Below are positions 1 to 10,100 of a stretch of DNA of 64,000 bases, one piece after another; positions within the stretch are counted from its first letter, which is position 1; each line of letters opens with the position of its first letter. Both the position numbers and the translations under genes were made by a program. Under the pieces are notes generated by a model. It worked only from the letters and a program-made list of their open reading frames with translations. It was not told where the DNA came from and did no database searches. The stretch is from Candidatus Effluviviaceae Genus I sp. (GTDB lineage: Bacteria; Joyebacterota; Joyebacteria; Joyebacterales; Joyebacteraceae): contig VGIX01000002.1 in assembly GCA_016867725.1 (NCBI GenBank), forward strand, positions 36,314 to 100,313, written 5' to 3'.

Positions 1-1
1 C

Positions 2-823
2 GCCGACACGGTCGTCGTCGCCGCGAGCTACTCCGGGAACACCGAGGAGACGCTGGCCGCGTACCGTGACGCGCACGCGCGCGGGGCTCGCGTCCTCTGC
101 GTGACCACGGGGGGCGAGCTCGCCGCCCGCGCGGCGGACGACGGCCACGACGTCATCGCGATCCCGGGGGGCCTGCCGCCGAGGGCGGCGCTCGGGTACG
201 GCCTCGTTCCGTTGCTCGTTTCGCTCGCGCGTCTGGGGCTCTCGCCTGACCCCGGCGAGGACGTCGCCGACGCGGTGGCCGTCTGCCGCCGCTCGGTCGC
301 CGCGCACGGGGCGGCGGCGCCGGCCGCGAGGAACCCCGCGAAGGAGATCGCGGGGTGGCTTTGCGGGGGCCTGCCGGTGATCTACGGCACCACGCCGCGG
401 ACGGCGGCCGCGGCGAGCCGGTGGTGCGGCCAGCTCGCGGAGAACTCGAAGGTCGTCGCGCACCGCGCCGAGATCCCCGAGATGAACCACAACGAGATCG
501 TCGGCTGGAGCGGCGAGCGGCCGCTGTGCGGCTCGGCGCGCGTCGTGTTTCTGGGGGACCCCGGCGACCACCCGCGGAACGCGCTTCGGGCGGACTTCAC
601 GCGGCGCGAGGTCGAGGCCGCGGGCGCGGCCGCGCGCGTTGTCACCGCGGCGGGCGCGACGGCGCTGGGCAGGCTGATGTCGCTCGTCTCGCTGGGCGAC
701 TTCGTCAGCGTGTACCTGGCCGCGCTGGGGGGCGTGGACCCGACGCCCGTTGAGCCCATCGGCCGACTCAAGAGCGCTCTCGGCGAAGCCCCTGCGGAGC
801 CCAGCTCCGGGAGGATCTCATGA
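2..823 (+). CDS. Bifunctional phosphoglucose/phosphomannose isomerase (SIS domain), 5'-truncated by the window edge
   Basis: Frame-2 translation ADTVVVAASYSGNTEET...VIYGTTPRTAAAASRWCGQLAENSKVVAHRAEIPEMNHNEIVGWSG matches the PGI/PMI SIS family. The ORF runs from the window edge to 823. Its stop overlaps the next start (ATGA). Confidence 0.6.
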   Translation, partial: ADTVVVAASYSGNTEETLAAYRDAHARGARVLCVTTGGELAARAADDGHDVIAIPGGLPPRAALGYGLVPLLVSLARLGLSPDPGEDVADAVAVCRRSVAAHGAAAPAARNPAKEIAGWLCGGLPVIYGTTPRTAAAASRWCGQLAENSKVVAHRAEIPEMNHNEIVGWSGERPLCGSARVVFLGDPGDHPRNALRADFTRREVEAAGAAARVVTAAGATALGRLMSLVSLGDFVSVYLAALGGVDPTPVEPIGRLKSALGEAPAEPSSGRIS

Positions 824-1803
824 AGGTCATCATCCCTGTCGCCGGCATGGGCACGAGGCTGCGGCCCCACACGCACACGATGCCCAAGGCCCTGGTCCGG
901 GTCGCCGGCAAGCCCATTCTGGGGCACATCCTGGACGAGATCGTGCCGCTGGGCGTGCGCGAGGTCGTCCTGGTGACGGGCGCGATGGGGGAGCGCGTGC
1001 GGGACTACATGGCCGCGGCCTATCCGAATCTCACGCCGTGCTACGTGCATCAGGAGGAGACGCGGGGCATCGGGCACGCGATCTGGCTCACGCGGCACTG
1101 CGCGGACGACGGCCCGACGCTCATCGTTCTCGGCGACACGGTCGTGACGGCCGACTTCCACGGTCTGACCGGCGGGAGCGTCACGCGCATCGGCGTCAAG
1201 GAGGTCGCGAACCCGCAGCTCTTCGGCGTCGTCGAGGTGGACGGCGACCGCGTCGTGAGCCTCGTCGAGAAGCCGGACGTGCCGCCGAGCAACCTGGCCA
1301 TCGTCGGCCTCTACCACATCGCCAACACCGCGCTCCTCTTCGAGTGCCTGAGCGACCTGGTGGAGAAGGACATCCGGACCAAGGGGGAGTATCAGCTGAC
1401 CGACGCTCTCAAGATGATGCTCGAGCGAGGCGAGGAGATGAAGACGTTCCCCGTCGGCGGGTGGCACGACTGCGGACGCCCCGAGACGCTCCTTGAGACC
1501 AACAGGTTCCTGCTGGCCCGCTCGGCGGCGAACAGCGTGACCATCCCCGGGTCGATCGTCATACCGCCGGTCTCGATCGACCCGACGGCCGTCATCGAGC
1601 GGTCGGTCGTCGGTCCCTACGCGTCCATCGCGGCAGGCGCCGTCATCCGGGACTCCATCGTGCGCGACAGCATCCTCAACGCCGAGGCGAAGGTGGAGGG
1701 CAGCCTTCTCGACCGTTCGCTCATCGGCGAGCACGCCGTCGTGAGGGGTTACTTCCAGAGACTGAACGTGGGCGATTCGTCGGAGATCGAGATAGGCGGA
1801 TGA
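820..1803 (+). CDS. Sugar-1-phosphate nucleotidyltransferase (NTP-transferase N-domain plus left-handed beta-helix C-domain), likely mannose-1-P guanylyl- or glucose-1-P thymidylyltransferase
   Basis: N-terminus [34 protein letters not shown] carries the GxGTRL motif. The C-terminus has hexapeptide repeats ([37 protein letters not shown]). Coupled to the PMI gene by a 4-nt overlap. Confidence 0.65.
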   Translation: MKVIIPVAGMGTRLRPHTHTMPKALVRVAGKPILGHILDEIVPLGVREVVLVTGAMGERVRDYMAAAYPNLTPCYVHQEETRGIGHAIWLTRHCADDGPTLIVLGDTVVTADFHGLTGGSVTRIGVKEVANPQLFGVVEVDGDRVVSLVEKPDVPPSNLAIVGLYHIANTALLFECLSDLVEKDIRTKGEYQLTDALKMMLERGEEMKTFPVGGWHDCGRPETLLETNRFLLARSAANSVTIPGSIVIPPVSIDPTAVIERSVVGPYASIAAGAVIRDSIVRDSILNAEAKVEGSLLDRSLIGEHAVVRGYFQRLNVGDSSEIEIGG

Positions 1804-3014
1804 CGGACGCCGCGCGGAGATCCGCGCGGGCCGCGGCCGCCGGAACGGAGGGTACGTTGGAGCGACACCTCTTCACATCCGAGTCGGTGACGGAGGGACA
1901 CCCGGACAAGGTCGCGGACCAGGTGTCCGACGCCGTGCTTGACGCGATCCTGGGGCAGGACCCGGTGGGCAGGGTGGCGTGCGAGGTGCTGGTGACGACC
2001 GGTCTCGCCTTCATCGCCGGCGAGATCTCGACGTCGGCGTACGCGGACATTCCGACCATCGTGCGCGACACGATCCGCGACATCGGCTACACGGATCCCA
2101 GGTGCGGCTTCGACTGGGAGACGTGCGCCGTGATCACGGCGATCGGCGAGCAGTCGCCCGACATCTGGAAGGGCGGGAGCGGCGAGCTGCAGCACGGGGT
2201 CAAGGAGGGCGGCGCCGGCGACCAGGGCATGATGATCGGCTACGCGACGGACGAGACGAAGGAGTACATGCCGCTGCCGATTCACCTCGCGCATCTCCTG
2301 GCGCGCCGTCTCGCGAAGGTGCGGAAGGACGGGGTTCTCGGCTACCTGAGGCCCGACGGCAAGACGCAGGTCACCGTGGAGTACGAGGACGGCAGGCCGG
2401 TGCGGGTCGACACGGTCGTCGTGTCGGCGCATCACAGCCCCGACGTCACGATGACGCAGATGGTCGACGACGTCCGCGCCCACGTGGTCGATCCCGTGTT
2501 GCCGAGGGAGCTCGTCGAGGGCGGCTTCATCCTCCACGTCAACCCGACAGGCCGCTTCGAGAAGGGCGGCCCGGCCGCCGACACGGGCCTTACCGGAAGG
2601 AAGATCATCGTGGACACGTACGGCGGCTACGCGAGCCACGGGGGCGGAGCGTTCTCCGGAAAGGACCCGACGAAGGTCGACAGGTCAGCGTGCTACGCGG
2701 CGCGCCACGTGGCGAAGAACATCGTTGCGGCGGGGCTTGCCCGGCGCTGCACGATCGAGCTGGCGTACGCCATCGGCGTGGCGGAGCCCGTCTCGATCAT
2801 GATCGACGGCCACGGGACGGGAGCGGTGAGCGACGCGGACCTCGTCGCGCTCGTGAGGAAGCGCTTCGATCTGAGGCCGCTCGAGATCATCAGGCGGCTC
2901 GATCTCCGTCGACCCATCTACCGCCGGACGGCGGCCTACGGCCACTTCGGGCGCGAGGAGCCGGACTTCACGTGGGAGCGACTCGACATGGTCGACGAGC
3001 TCAGGAGGGGATAG
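1800..3014 (+). CDS. metK: S-adenosylmethionine synthetase
   Basis: [28 protein letters not shown] is the MetK signature. Full-length conservation follows. The true start may be about 18 codons downstream (TTG or other) because the typical MetK N-terminus begins near [11 protein letters not shown]. Confidence 0.85.
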   Translation: MTDAARRSARAAAAGTEGTLERHLFTSESVTEGHPDKVADQVSDAVLDAILGQDPVGRVACEVLVTTGLAFIAGEISTSAYADIPTIVRDTIRDIGYTDPRCGFDWETCAVITAIGEQSPDIWKGGSGELQHGVKEGGAGDQGMMIGYATDETKEYMPLPIHLAHLLARRLAKVRKDGVLGYLRPDGKTQVTVEYEDGRPVRVDTVVVSAHHSPDVTMTQMVDDVRAHVVDPVLPRELVEGGFILHVNPTGRFEKGGPAADTGLTGRKIIVDTYGGYASHGGGAFSGKDPTKVDRSACYAARHVAKNIVAAGLARRCTIELAYAIGVAEPVSIMIDGHGTGAVSDADLVALVRKRFDLRPLEIIRRLDLRRPIYRRTAAYGHFGREEPDFTWERLDMVDELRRG

Positions 3015-3022
3015 GAGAGACC

Positions 3023-4276
3023 ATGCCACACGACATAGCCGACGCAGGCCTGGCGCGGGCGGGCAGGGACCGCACGGAGTGGGCGGCGCAGAGCATGCCC
3101 GTCCTGAGGAGCATCGCCGAGCGCTTCGCGCGCGAGCGGCCGCTCGAGGGGCGGGTCATCGGCGCGTGCCTCCACGTGACGACCGAGACGGCGAACCTCG
3201 TCACGACCCTCGTCGCCGGCGGGGCTCGCGTCTCGCTCTGCGCGTCGAACCCGCTCTCGACGCAGGACGACGTCGCCGCGCATCTCGCCGAGGACCAGCG
3301 TGTCGCGGTCTACGCCGTGCGCGGCGAGGACCACGACCGCTACTACGCGCACATCCGGTCGGTCCTGGCGGCCGGCCCGAGCATCACGCTCGACGACGGC
3401 GCCGATCTCGTCTCGACCGTGCACGAGGAGAGGGCGGACGTCGGGGGCGACCTCCTGGGAAGCCTCGAGGAGACGACGACAGGCGTGATCCGCCTCAGGG
3501 CGATGGCGAAGGACGGGGCGCTCAGGGTCCCGGTGATCGCCGTCAACGACGCGAAGACGAAGCACATGTTCGACAATCGCTACGGCACCGGCCAGAGCAC
3601 GATCGACGGCATCCTCCGATCCACGAACGCGCTCCTGGCGGGCGCCACGTTCGTCGTCGCCGGGTACGGATGGTGCGGGCGAGGGCTCGCGCATCGGGCG
3701 CGCGGGCTCGGCGCGCAGGTCGTCGTGACCGAGGTGGATCCGCTCAAGGCGATCGAGGCGGTCATGGACGGGTTCCGGGTGATGCCGATGGACGACGCGG
3801 CCCCGCTCGGCGACGTCTTCGTGACCGTGACCGGCGACATCAGGGTGCTCACGGCGCGTCACTTCGAGAGGATGAAGGACGGCGCCGTCATCGCGAACTC
3901 CGGGCACTTCGACGTCGAGGTGGACAAGGACGCGCTCCGGGCGATGGCGGAACGGGTCGTCTCGCCGCGGCCGGGTGTCGAGACCTTCGTCGTCGGCGGC
4001 AGGCGCCTGAACCTGCTGGGCGACGGACGGCTGGTCAACCTCGCCTGCGCCGAGGGGCACCCCGCCACCGTGATGGACATGAGCTTCGCGAACCAGGCGC
4101 TCTGCTGCGAGTACCTCGCGACGCTCAAGCGCCGTCTGACGCCGGGGGTCTACGAGGTGCCCGAGGAGATCGACGGCGCGGTGGCAAAGCTCAAGCTGGC
4201 CGCCATGGGCATCTCGATCGACGCGCTCACGCCGGAGCAGGCGGAGTACCTCGCGTCCTGGAGGATCGGGACGTAG
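3023..4276 (+). CDS. ahcY: Adenosylhomocysteinase
   Basis: AhcY/SAHH family is conserved across the protein (GRVIGACLHVTTETANLVTTL, NAD-binding GYGWCGRG, final WRIGT). The ATG at 3023 is preceded by GGAGAGA. Confidence 0.85.
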   Translation: MPHDIADAGLARAGRDRTEWAAQSMPVLRSIAERFARERPLEGRVIGACLHVTTETANLVTTLVAGGARVSLCASNPLSTQDDVAAHLAEDQRVAVYAVRGEDHDRYYAHIRSVLAAGPSITLDDGADLVSTVHEERADVGGDLLGSLEETTTGVIRLRAMAKDGALRVPVIAVNDAKTKHMFDNRYGTGQSTIDGILRSTNALLAGATFVVAGYGWCGRGLAHRARGLGAQVVVTEVDPLKAIEAVMDGFRVMPMDDAAPLGDVFVTVTGDIRVLTARHFERMKDGAVIANSGHFDVEVDKDALRAMAERVVSPRPGVETFVVGGRRLNLLGDGRLVNLACAEGHPATVMDMSFANQALCCEYLATLKRRLTPGVYEVPEEIDGAVAKLKLAAMGISIDALTPEQAEYLASWRIGT

Positions 4277-4298
4277 GGACGCCGGACGGGCGGGGGCG

Positions 4299-5372
4299 CT
4301 ACTTCGGGGTCTTGACGAGGATCGCCACGCCGATGCCCGCGAAGAGGATGTTGGCCAGCCACGCGCCGAGAGCGGGGGGAAGCATCCCCTCGCGGCCGAG
4401 GACGTTGCCCACCTGAAGAACTCCGTAGTACACGAACGAGATGGCCAGCGCGGCTGCGAAGGCCAGCGCGAAGCCTCCGCGGCGGGCGCCCGCGGCCATG
4501 GGGGCGCCCAGAAGCGTCATGATGAGCGTGACGAAAGGGAACGAGAGCTTGAGAGCGAGCTGCACCGGGAGGTCGCCGGGGTGCACTCCGCTGACCCGGA
4601 GCCTCTCGATGTGCGCCTTGAGATCCGCGTAGCCAAGCTCTTCCGGCTTGAGTTGCCTCGTCGAGAGGTCGCGCGGCGCCGGGCCGTCCGCGGGGAGAAC
4701 GAGCGCCCCGAACACCGCCGTCGACTCCGCCTCGGCGCTGAAGCGCCTGAGCCGGACGTCGCGGAGGACCCAGCGCCCGTCCTCCCACGTGCCGGAGGCT
4801 GCGTCGAAGCGCGCGCACGGGCGGAGGTCCGTGTCGAACTGCTGGACCGTCACCTCTTCGAGCAGTCCCCTCCTCAGGTCGAACCGCTTCGCGAGCAGCG
4901 TCGAGCCGTCGGGCCACATGTAGATCACGTCCGATCGGAAGGCGCTCGACGGGCGCTTCCTGATGTGGTTCTCGTGGATCTCGATCCGCTGTCTCGTCGC
5001 GATGGGCACGACCGTCTCGGCCACCAACAGGCTGAGCGCTGAGAGCGTCGCGGCGAGCACGACCACGGGAAGGAAGGCCCGGTAGAGCGACAGGCCGGAG
5101 CCCTTCATTGCCGTGAGCTCGTTGGAGCGCGTGAGCGCCCCGAACGCGAGGAGCGTCGCGAGCAGCATGGCGACGGGCGCCGTGAGGACCATGATGTAGG
5201 GCGCGAAGTAGACGTAGTAGAGAAGAACCACCGTCGGCGGCGTGTTGTTGTCTATGAACGTGTGTGCGTGGTCGAAGAGGTCCACGAGGACGAAGATGCC
5301 GACGAACGCGGCGAACACGAGCGCCAGCGGCACGAGGGTGCGGCGCAGGATGTAGCCGTCGAGCGTGGTCAT
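4299..5372 (-). CDS. LptF/LptG-family LPS export permease (YjgP/YjgQ)
   Basis: N-terminus MTTLDGYILRRTLVPLALVFAAFVGIFVLVDLF and a 6-TM architecture with a periplasmic beta-jellyroll region are typical of LptF/G. Its start overlaps the upstream paralogue stop by 4 nt (ATGA). Confidence 0.75.
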   Translation of the reverse strand: MTTLDGYILRRTLVPLALVFAAFVGIFVLVDLFDHAHTFIDNNTPPTVVLLYYVYFAPYIMVLTAPVAMLLATLLAFGALTRSNELTAMKGSGLSLYRAFLPVVVLAATLSALSLLVAETVVPIATRQRIEIHENHIRKRPSSAFRSDVIYMWPDGSTLLAKRFDLRRGLLEEVTVQQFDTDLRPCARFDAASGTWEDGRWVLRDVRLRRFSAEAESTAVFGALVLPADGPAPRDLSTRQLKPEELGYADLKAHIERLRVSGVHPGDLPVQLALKLSFPFVTLIMTLLGAPMAAGARRGGFALAFAAALAISFVYYGVLQVGNVLGREGMLPPALGAWLANILFAGIGVAILVKTPK

Positions 5373-6727
5373 GCGGCGCTCCCGGCGCCGCGGCGGGCCC
5401 CCGTGGGAACTCTGAGGACGAAGTCGAGGACGTTGCCGACCAGGCGGATCCTCCACTCCAGCACCGTGAAGAGCGTCAGGAACACGCCGAGCCCGCCGAA
5501 GAGCACGTTCGGCGCCCACATGGCCCAGAAGGGGCTCACGAGCCCCCGATCGCCCAACTGCTCGCCTCCGATGAGGAACAGGTAGTAGATGAGGAAGAAG
5601 AGGATGCCGATGCCTGCGCCGATGCCGACGCCGCCGCGTCGCGCGCGGATGCCGATGGGGGCGCCGAGAAGCACGAACACGATGCACGCGACGGGGACGG
5701 ACAGCTTCTTGTGACACTCCACCTCGAGCTTGCGCGCCTTGCCCATTTCGCTCTGCACGGCCCTGAGCGCCGCCTGGGCGGCACGCGTGGCCTGCGCGCG
5801 CTGTCGCTCGATGTCCACGCGCGCCCGCTGCGTGCCTCCCGCGTCGGCCGCATCGAGAAGCGAGCCGACGTACGTCTCCAGTGAGAAGACGGCTCGCGTG
5901 CGCGCCGCATCGAGGTCCTTCTGGTGCGTCACGATCCTCTCGCGCAGCTCGGCGAGAGAGAGCTCTCGATCTCCGCGGCGGGCCTCTTCGCCTCTGACGA
6001 GTTCGGCGCTGGCGCCCTCCACGTTGATCACGTGCTTCGCGAATACCAGTCGGTTGTACCTCGTCGGATCCTCGCGATCGACGTTGTGGATCTCGCCGTC
6101 CCACAGCTCCAGAGTCAGCACGTCGCTGTCCGCGGAGGAAACAACGCGCCCGCGGGCGGCGACGATGATCTGTACGGGTTCTCCGCCCTCGAGCCTGTAC
6201 ATCCTGGCGCGGAAGATCTCGGAGGTTCGTGGATCGGCCCTGTCGACGATGATCGTGTAGCCCGCCGGAAGCTCCGTCAGCACGCCCGGCTGGATGGTGG
6301 CCAGCGGCCGCATCCGGTGGATGCTCACGAGGAGCGACTTGAGCCTGTGATTGGCCTCAGGAAGCGCGTGGTTCCCGAAGTGGAAGAGCCCCACGGCGAC
6401 CAGCGTCGCGGCAACGAGCACGGGCGTCATGAGCGTCAGGACGTGCACGCCGCTGGCCTTGGCGGCCGTGATCTCGTTGTCCTGCGCCAGGCGACCGAAG
6501 GTGGTCAGGACGGCGACCATGACGGCCATGGGCACGGCGAGGACGGTCATCCAGGCGAGGGAGAGCCCGAAGGCCTCGAGGACGGCCGGCCCCGGCACGC
6601 CCCTTCCGATGAAGAGCTGAAGGTAGTCCACGATGAAGTCCATGGAGAGAACGAAGTAGAAGATGGCAAGCCCCGCGGCGGCGGGGGCGATGTGCGAGCG
6701 CAGCACGTATCGCGTGAGAATGGTCAC
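5369..6727 (-). CDS. LptF/LptG-family LPS export permease (YjgP/YjgQ), second paralogue
   Basis: VTILTRYVLRSHIAPAAAGLAIFYFVLSMDFIVDYL is an LptF-like N-terminus. GTG start chosen at 6727. The C-terminus carries TM helices (GIGAGIGILFFLIYYLFLIGG). Tandem with the downstream paralogue. Confidence 0.7.
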   Translation of the reverse strand: MTILTRYVLRSHIAPAAAGLAIFYFVLSMDFIVDYLQLFIGRGVPGPAVLEAFGLSLAWMTVLAVPMAVMVAVLTTFGRLAQDNEITAAKASGVHVLTLMTPVLVAATLVAVGLFHFGNHALPEANHRLKSLLVSIHRMRPLATIQPGVLTELPAGYTIIVDRADPRTSEIFRARMYRLEGGEPVQIIVAARGRVVSSADSDVLTLELWDGEIHNVDREDPTRYNRLVFAKHVINVEGASAELVRGEEARRGDRELSLAELRERIVTHQKDLDAARTRAVFSLETYVGSLLDAADAGGTQRARVDIERQRAQATRAAQAALRAVQSEMGKARKLEVECHKKLSVPVACIVFVLLGAPIGIRARRGGVGIGAGIGILFFLIYYLFLIGGEQLGDRGLVSPFWAMWAPNVLFGGLGVFLTLFTVLEWRIRLVGNVLDFVLRVPTGARRGAGSAA

Positions 6728-6886
6728 GTCGCAGGCCCTGCCTGGAACAAGGGTGGAGTCGCTCGCGACCGCAGTGGAGCATCGGGCGCCGCAGATCGCT
6801 CTCCGCGTGACCCCGCCGACGCGCCCGGCGACCACAACTTCTACCACTCGGCCGCGACGACCGCAACAGGCTCGTCGGCGCTCGTC

Positions 6887-6915
6887 TTGACACACGCCGG
6901 ATGCCCTGATAGAGT
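6887..6915 (+). promoter_or_regulatory. Sigma70-type promoter for the giant OMP gene (TTGACA-N17-TAGAGT, TG-extended -10)
   Basis: cTTGACAcacgccggatgccctgaTAGAGTg with a 17-nt spacer and TG at -15/-14. Implies a roughly 180-nt 5' UTR before the ATG at 7103. Confidence 0.5.
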
Positions 6916-7102
6916 GCACCGTCGCGCGCGCGCGAGCGGACGGCGCGCCCACCTGTGCGGGTCGGGCGAGCCCGACGGTACGGGTCCACGCGGCCGTCGT
7001 GTGGCGCGGCGGCGCGAAACCGATCGTTCCTGCCACTCCGGCCGCGGTCCTCTTCATGGCCCGCCGGGTCCTCCTGGGTGCCCACGGAGACGGAGCAGAC
7101 AC

Positions 7103-10100
7103 ATGGGACTCAGGCGCGCCGTGACGCTGGTGCTGCTCGCGCTGTCGGCCGCCCTTGCGCCGCCGCGCGTGACGGCGCACGGCGAGGCCGCTGATCCGGA
7201 GCTCCCGGCAGCCCAGACGGCTGCGGTGGATAGCCTCTTCCTCCTGCCTCAAGAGCTTGACCAGGGTCCCTTCCTTCCAGCGGCTCCGGACACGGTGAGC
7301 GAGGCGCCTGCCGAGCCGGTGGAGACCTCCGTCCGGCCCGAGATGCGGCCCTGGGCGGGCAGGGGAGTCCCCGTCAAGGTGCCTTTCCAGTTCTTCAGAC
7401 CGTGGTCGGTGGGACCGGCTTCGATCCGACGAGGGCTTTCCCCCGGCTGGACGGCGCTTCCCTCGGCGGCCCCTTCGGGCGCTCCGTTCGAGCGGCGCCT
7501 CGCCGTTGACCTCGCAGGGCGCGCGGCCATCGTCACCCGCGCCGGAACCGCCGCGTCGTTCACGAGCTACGCGGCGCCGCTGCCGGAGTACGAGAGGGCG
7601 ATCCGCGGCGTGAGCGCGCGGGACGCGTGGGGGTCCACGGTCACCCGGAAGCTCAAGGAGCAGTCCGCCAGGTCGTCGCGCGGCCTTCTCGACATCGACA
7701 TCCCCATGCCGTTGCCCGAGCCCATCGTTCGCGCGATCGGCGCGGGCGCCAATCTCAAGGTCCGCGGAAGCGAACGCATCACGTTCGGCGGCAGGACGAG
7801 CTACCTCGTTGACGCGCTCGACCAGGAGTCGGGGCCTCCCTCGAAGTGGCCGCAGCTCGACATGCAGCAGCAGCTCACCGTGAACCTCGAAGGCACCATC
7901 GGAGACAAGATCCACGTCTACGTTGACCACAGGAGCGGTGGGACGTCCTACGGCACGGGCAAGGCGAACCAGATCCGCGTGCGGTACGAGGGCGAGGAGG
8001 ACGAGGTCCTTCAGACGATCGAGCTCGGGGAGGTGAACCTCTCCCTGCCCGGCGCCGAGTTCGTGAGCTACAGCGGGTCCCAGGAGGGTCTCTTCGGAGC
8101 GAAGATGACCGCGAAGCTGGGCAAGCTCGACGTCGTGGGCATTGCGAGCAAGGCGGAGGGCAAGTCCGCCGGCGCCAGCTTCGCGGGGACCTCCGAGGCC
8201 GACTCGCTGACGATCAAGGACATCGCCTACAAGGCCAGAACGTACTACGCCATCGACTCCGACGTGCTCAAGTACGCGAACGTGGGTCTGCGCAGCGTCC
8301 GCGTCTACGTGGACGACCGCAACGGCGCCAACGACCTGACCACCGGCGCGTCGCCGGGCCGCGCCTATCTGACGGCGCCGGCAGGCTCCGTCCCGCCGCC
8401 GACCGGACCGAGCCAGCGAGGCATGTTCGACGAGCTCGTCGAGCTGCAGGACTACCTCGTGGACTACGGAAGCGGCATCCTCGAGTTCCTGAGCCCGGTC
8501 AACGCGAACCACGTGCTCGCCGTGTCGTACGTCAGGCTGGACGGAGGCGCCGTCGGGGGACACGACGGCGACACGCTCAGGATCAAGCTCATCAAGAAGG
8601 ACGACCGCGTCGCCGGCACGCCGTGGGAGCCGGTGAGGCTCCACGAGCTCAAGAACGTCTACGACCTGGGCGCGACCAACATCCCCGAGGACGGGTTCGC
8701 GCTCGAGATCCGGAAGCGCACGCCGTCGGGGGAGATCCTCGACAACCAGGACGGCGTTCCGTACGTGCGGATCCTGGGGCTCGACACGCACGGCCCGGGC
8801 GGAGGCGGCGACCCCGACGGCGTCGTTGACCGCGAGTGGATCGACTTCGAGAAAGGGCATCTCTTCTTCCCCCACTTCACACCCTTCTGTCCCGAGTATG
8901 ACGCGACGGACTTCTACTACGCTCCGGGCGGCGGGCCGGATCCCATCTACACGGCGGACGAACTCGACCCGAAGAACTGCGCCGTCTACTCGCGGGAGGT
9001 CTTCCTGCCGGGCGACGACGTCTACTTCCTCGTCGTGAAGTACGACCGCCCGCGCACGACCTTCTACCTCGGGCAGATGAACATCATCGAGAACAGCGAG
9101 GTGGTCAGGCTCAACGGCGTGGCGCTCACCCGCGGCGTCGACTACACCATCTACTACCCGGCGGGCCAGCTCACGCTGCTATCCGAGGAGGCGAAGCAAC
9201 CCGACGCGAGGGTCACGGTCGACTTCGACTACCAGCCGTTCGGGATCGGCGGAGAGAAGACCCTGCTGGGCGTGCGCGGCTTGTACAACTGGAGCGAGAA
9301 CGTCAAGCTGGGCACGACGTGGATGTACCAGAGCAAGGGTGCGCCCGAGGACCGGCCGCGGCTGGGCGAGGAGCCGTCGAGGACGGTGCTCGGAGACGTC
9401 AACCTGACGGCGACGTTCGCGCCCGGCGTCCTCACGCGGATCGCGGACGCCGTCCCGCTCGTGAGCACGGACGCGCCGTCGAAGGTGACGGTCTCGGCCG
9501 AGGCCGCCGTGTGCGTGCCGGACCCCAACACCAAGGGGTTCGTCACGATCGACGACATGGAGGGCGTGAAGAACGTCAACATGCTCGGCGTGACCAGGCG
9601 GCTGTGGACGTGGGCGAGCGTTCCCGCCGCGACCGGCGTCGCCGCCGAAGACCGCATGCGCATCAGCTGGTACAACCCCGACCGCAAGGTGCGCGAGGGA
9701 GACCTGCACCCGGAGCTCACGGGACAGGAGGCCAACGACATCCGCACGGTCCTCGAGATCGACTACGACGCCGCGGCCCCGTCGTCCTCGTGGGCCGGCC
9801 TCATGCGCCTTCTCTCCAAGACGGGGATGGACTACTCGCGCGACGAGTTCATCGAGGTGTGGGTGCACGACAACGGGTACCGCGAGGGGAAGCTCCTCAT
9901 CGACCTGGGGACGGTGAGCGAGGACTTCTATCCGCTCCTCGCGCCGAACGGCACTCTGGACTCGGAGGACGTGGACCAGAACGGCTTCGACGCGAGCGAG
10001 GACACGGGGCTCGACCGCGTCGTCGGCGTGGACGGGCAGAACGTGCCCGGGGACGACGGCGATGACGACTACGAGTACACGTACGGAACCAGCGACTACT

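Noticed and set aside
382-1734. Long minus-strand ORFs throughout (382-1734, 9179-11767, 14416-16308, 15917-18355, 20972-24460, 34890-38471, 43936-46368, 58603-61332 and others).
   Set aside because: They are mirror images of strongly conserved + strand genes (metK, sprA-like, nusA, infB, pnp, alaS and others). They have Arg/Pro/Gly/Ala-biased composition typical of antisense frames in 70% GC DNA, and no recognisable domains.
5924-7102. N-terminal 393-aa extension of the giant ORF (track start 5924).
   Set aside because: It overlaps lptF on the opposite strand and the TTGACA-N17-TAGAGT promoter. The ATG at 7103 is followed by a textbook signal peptide, so the real start is 7103.
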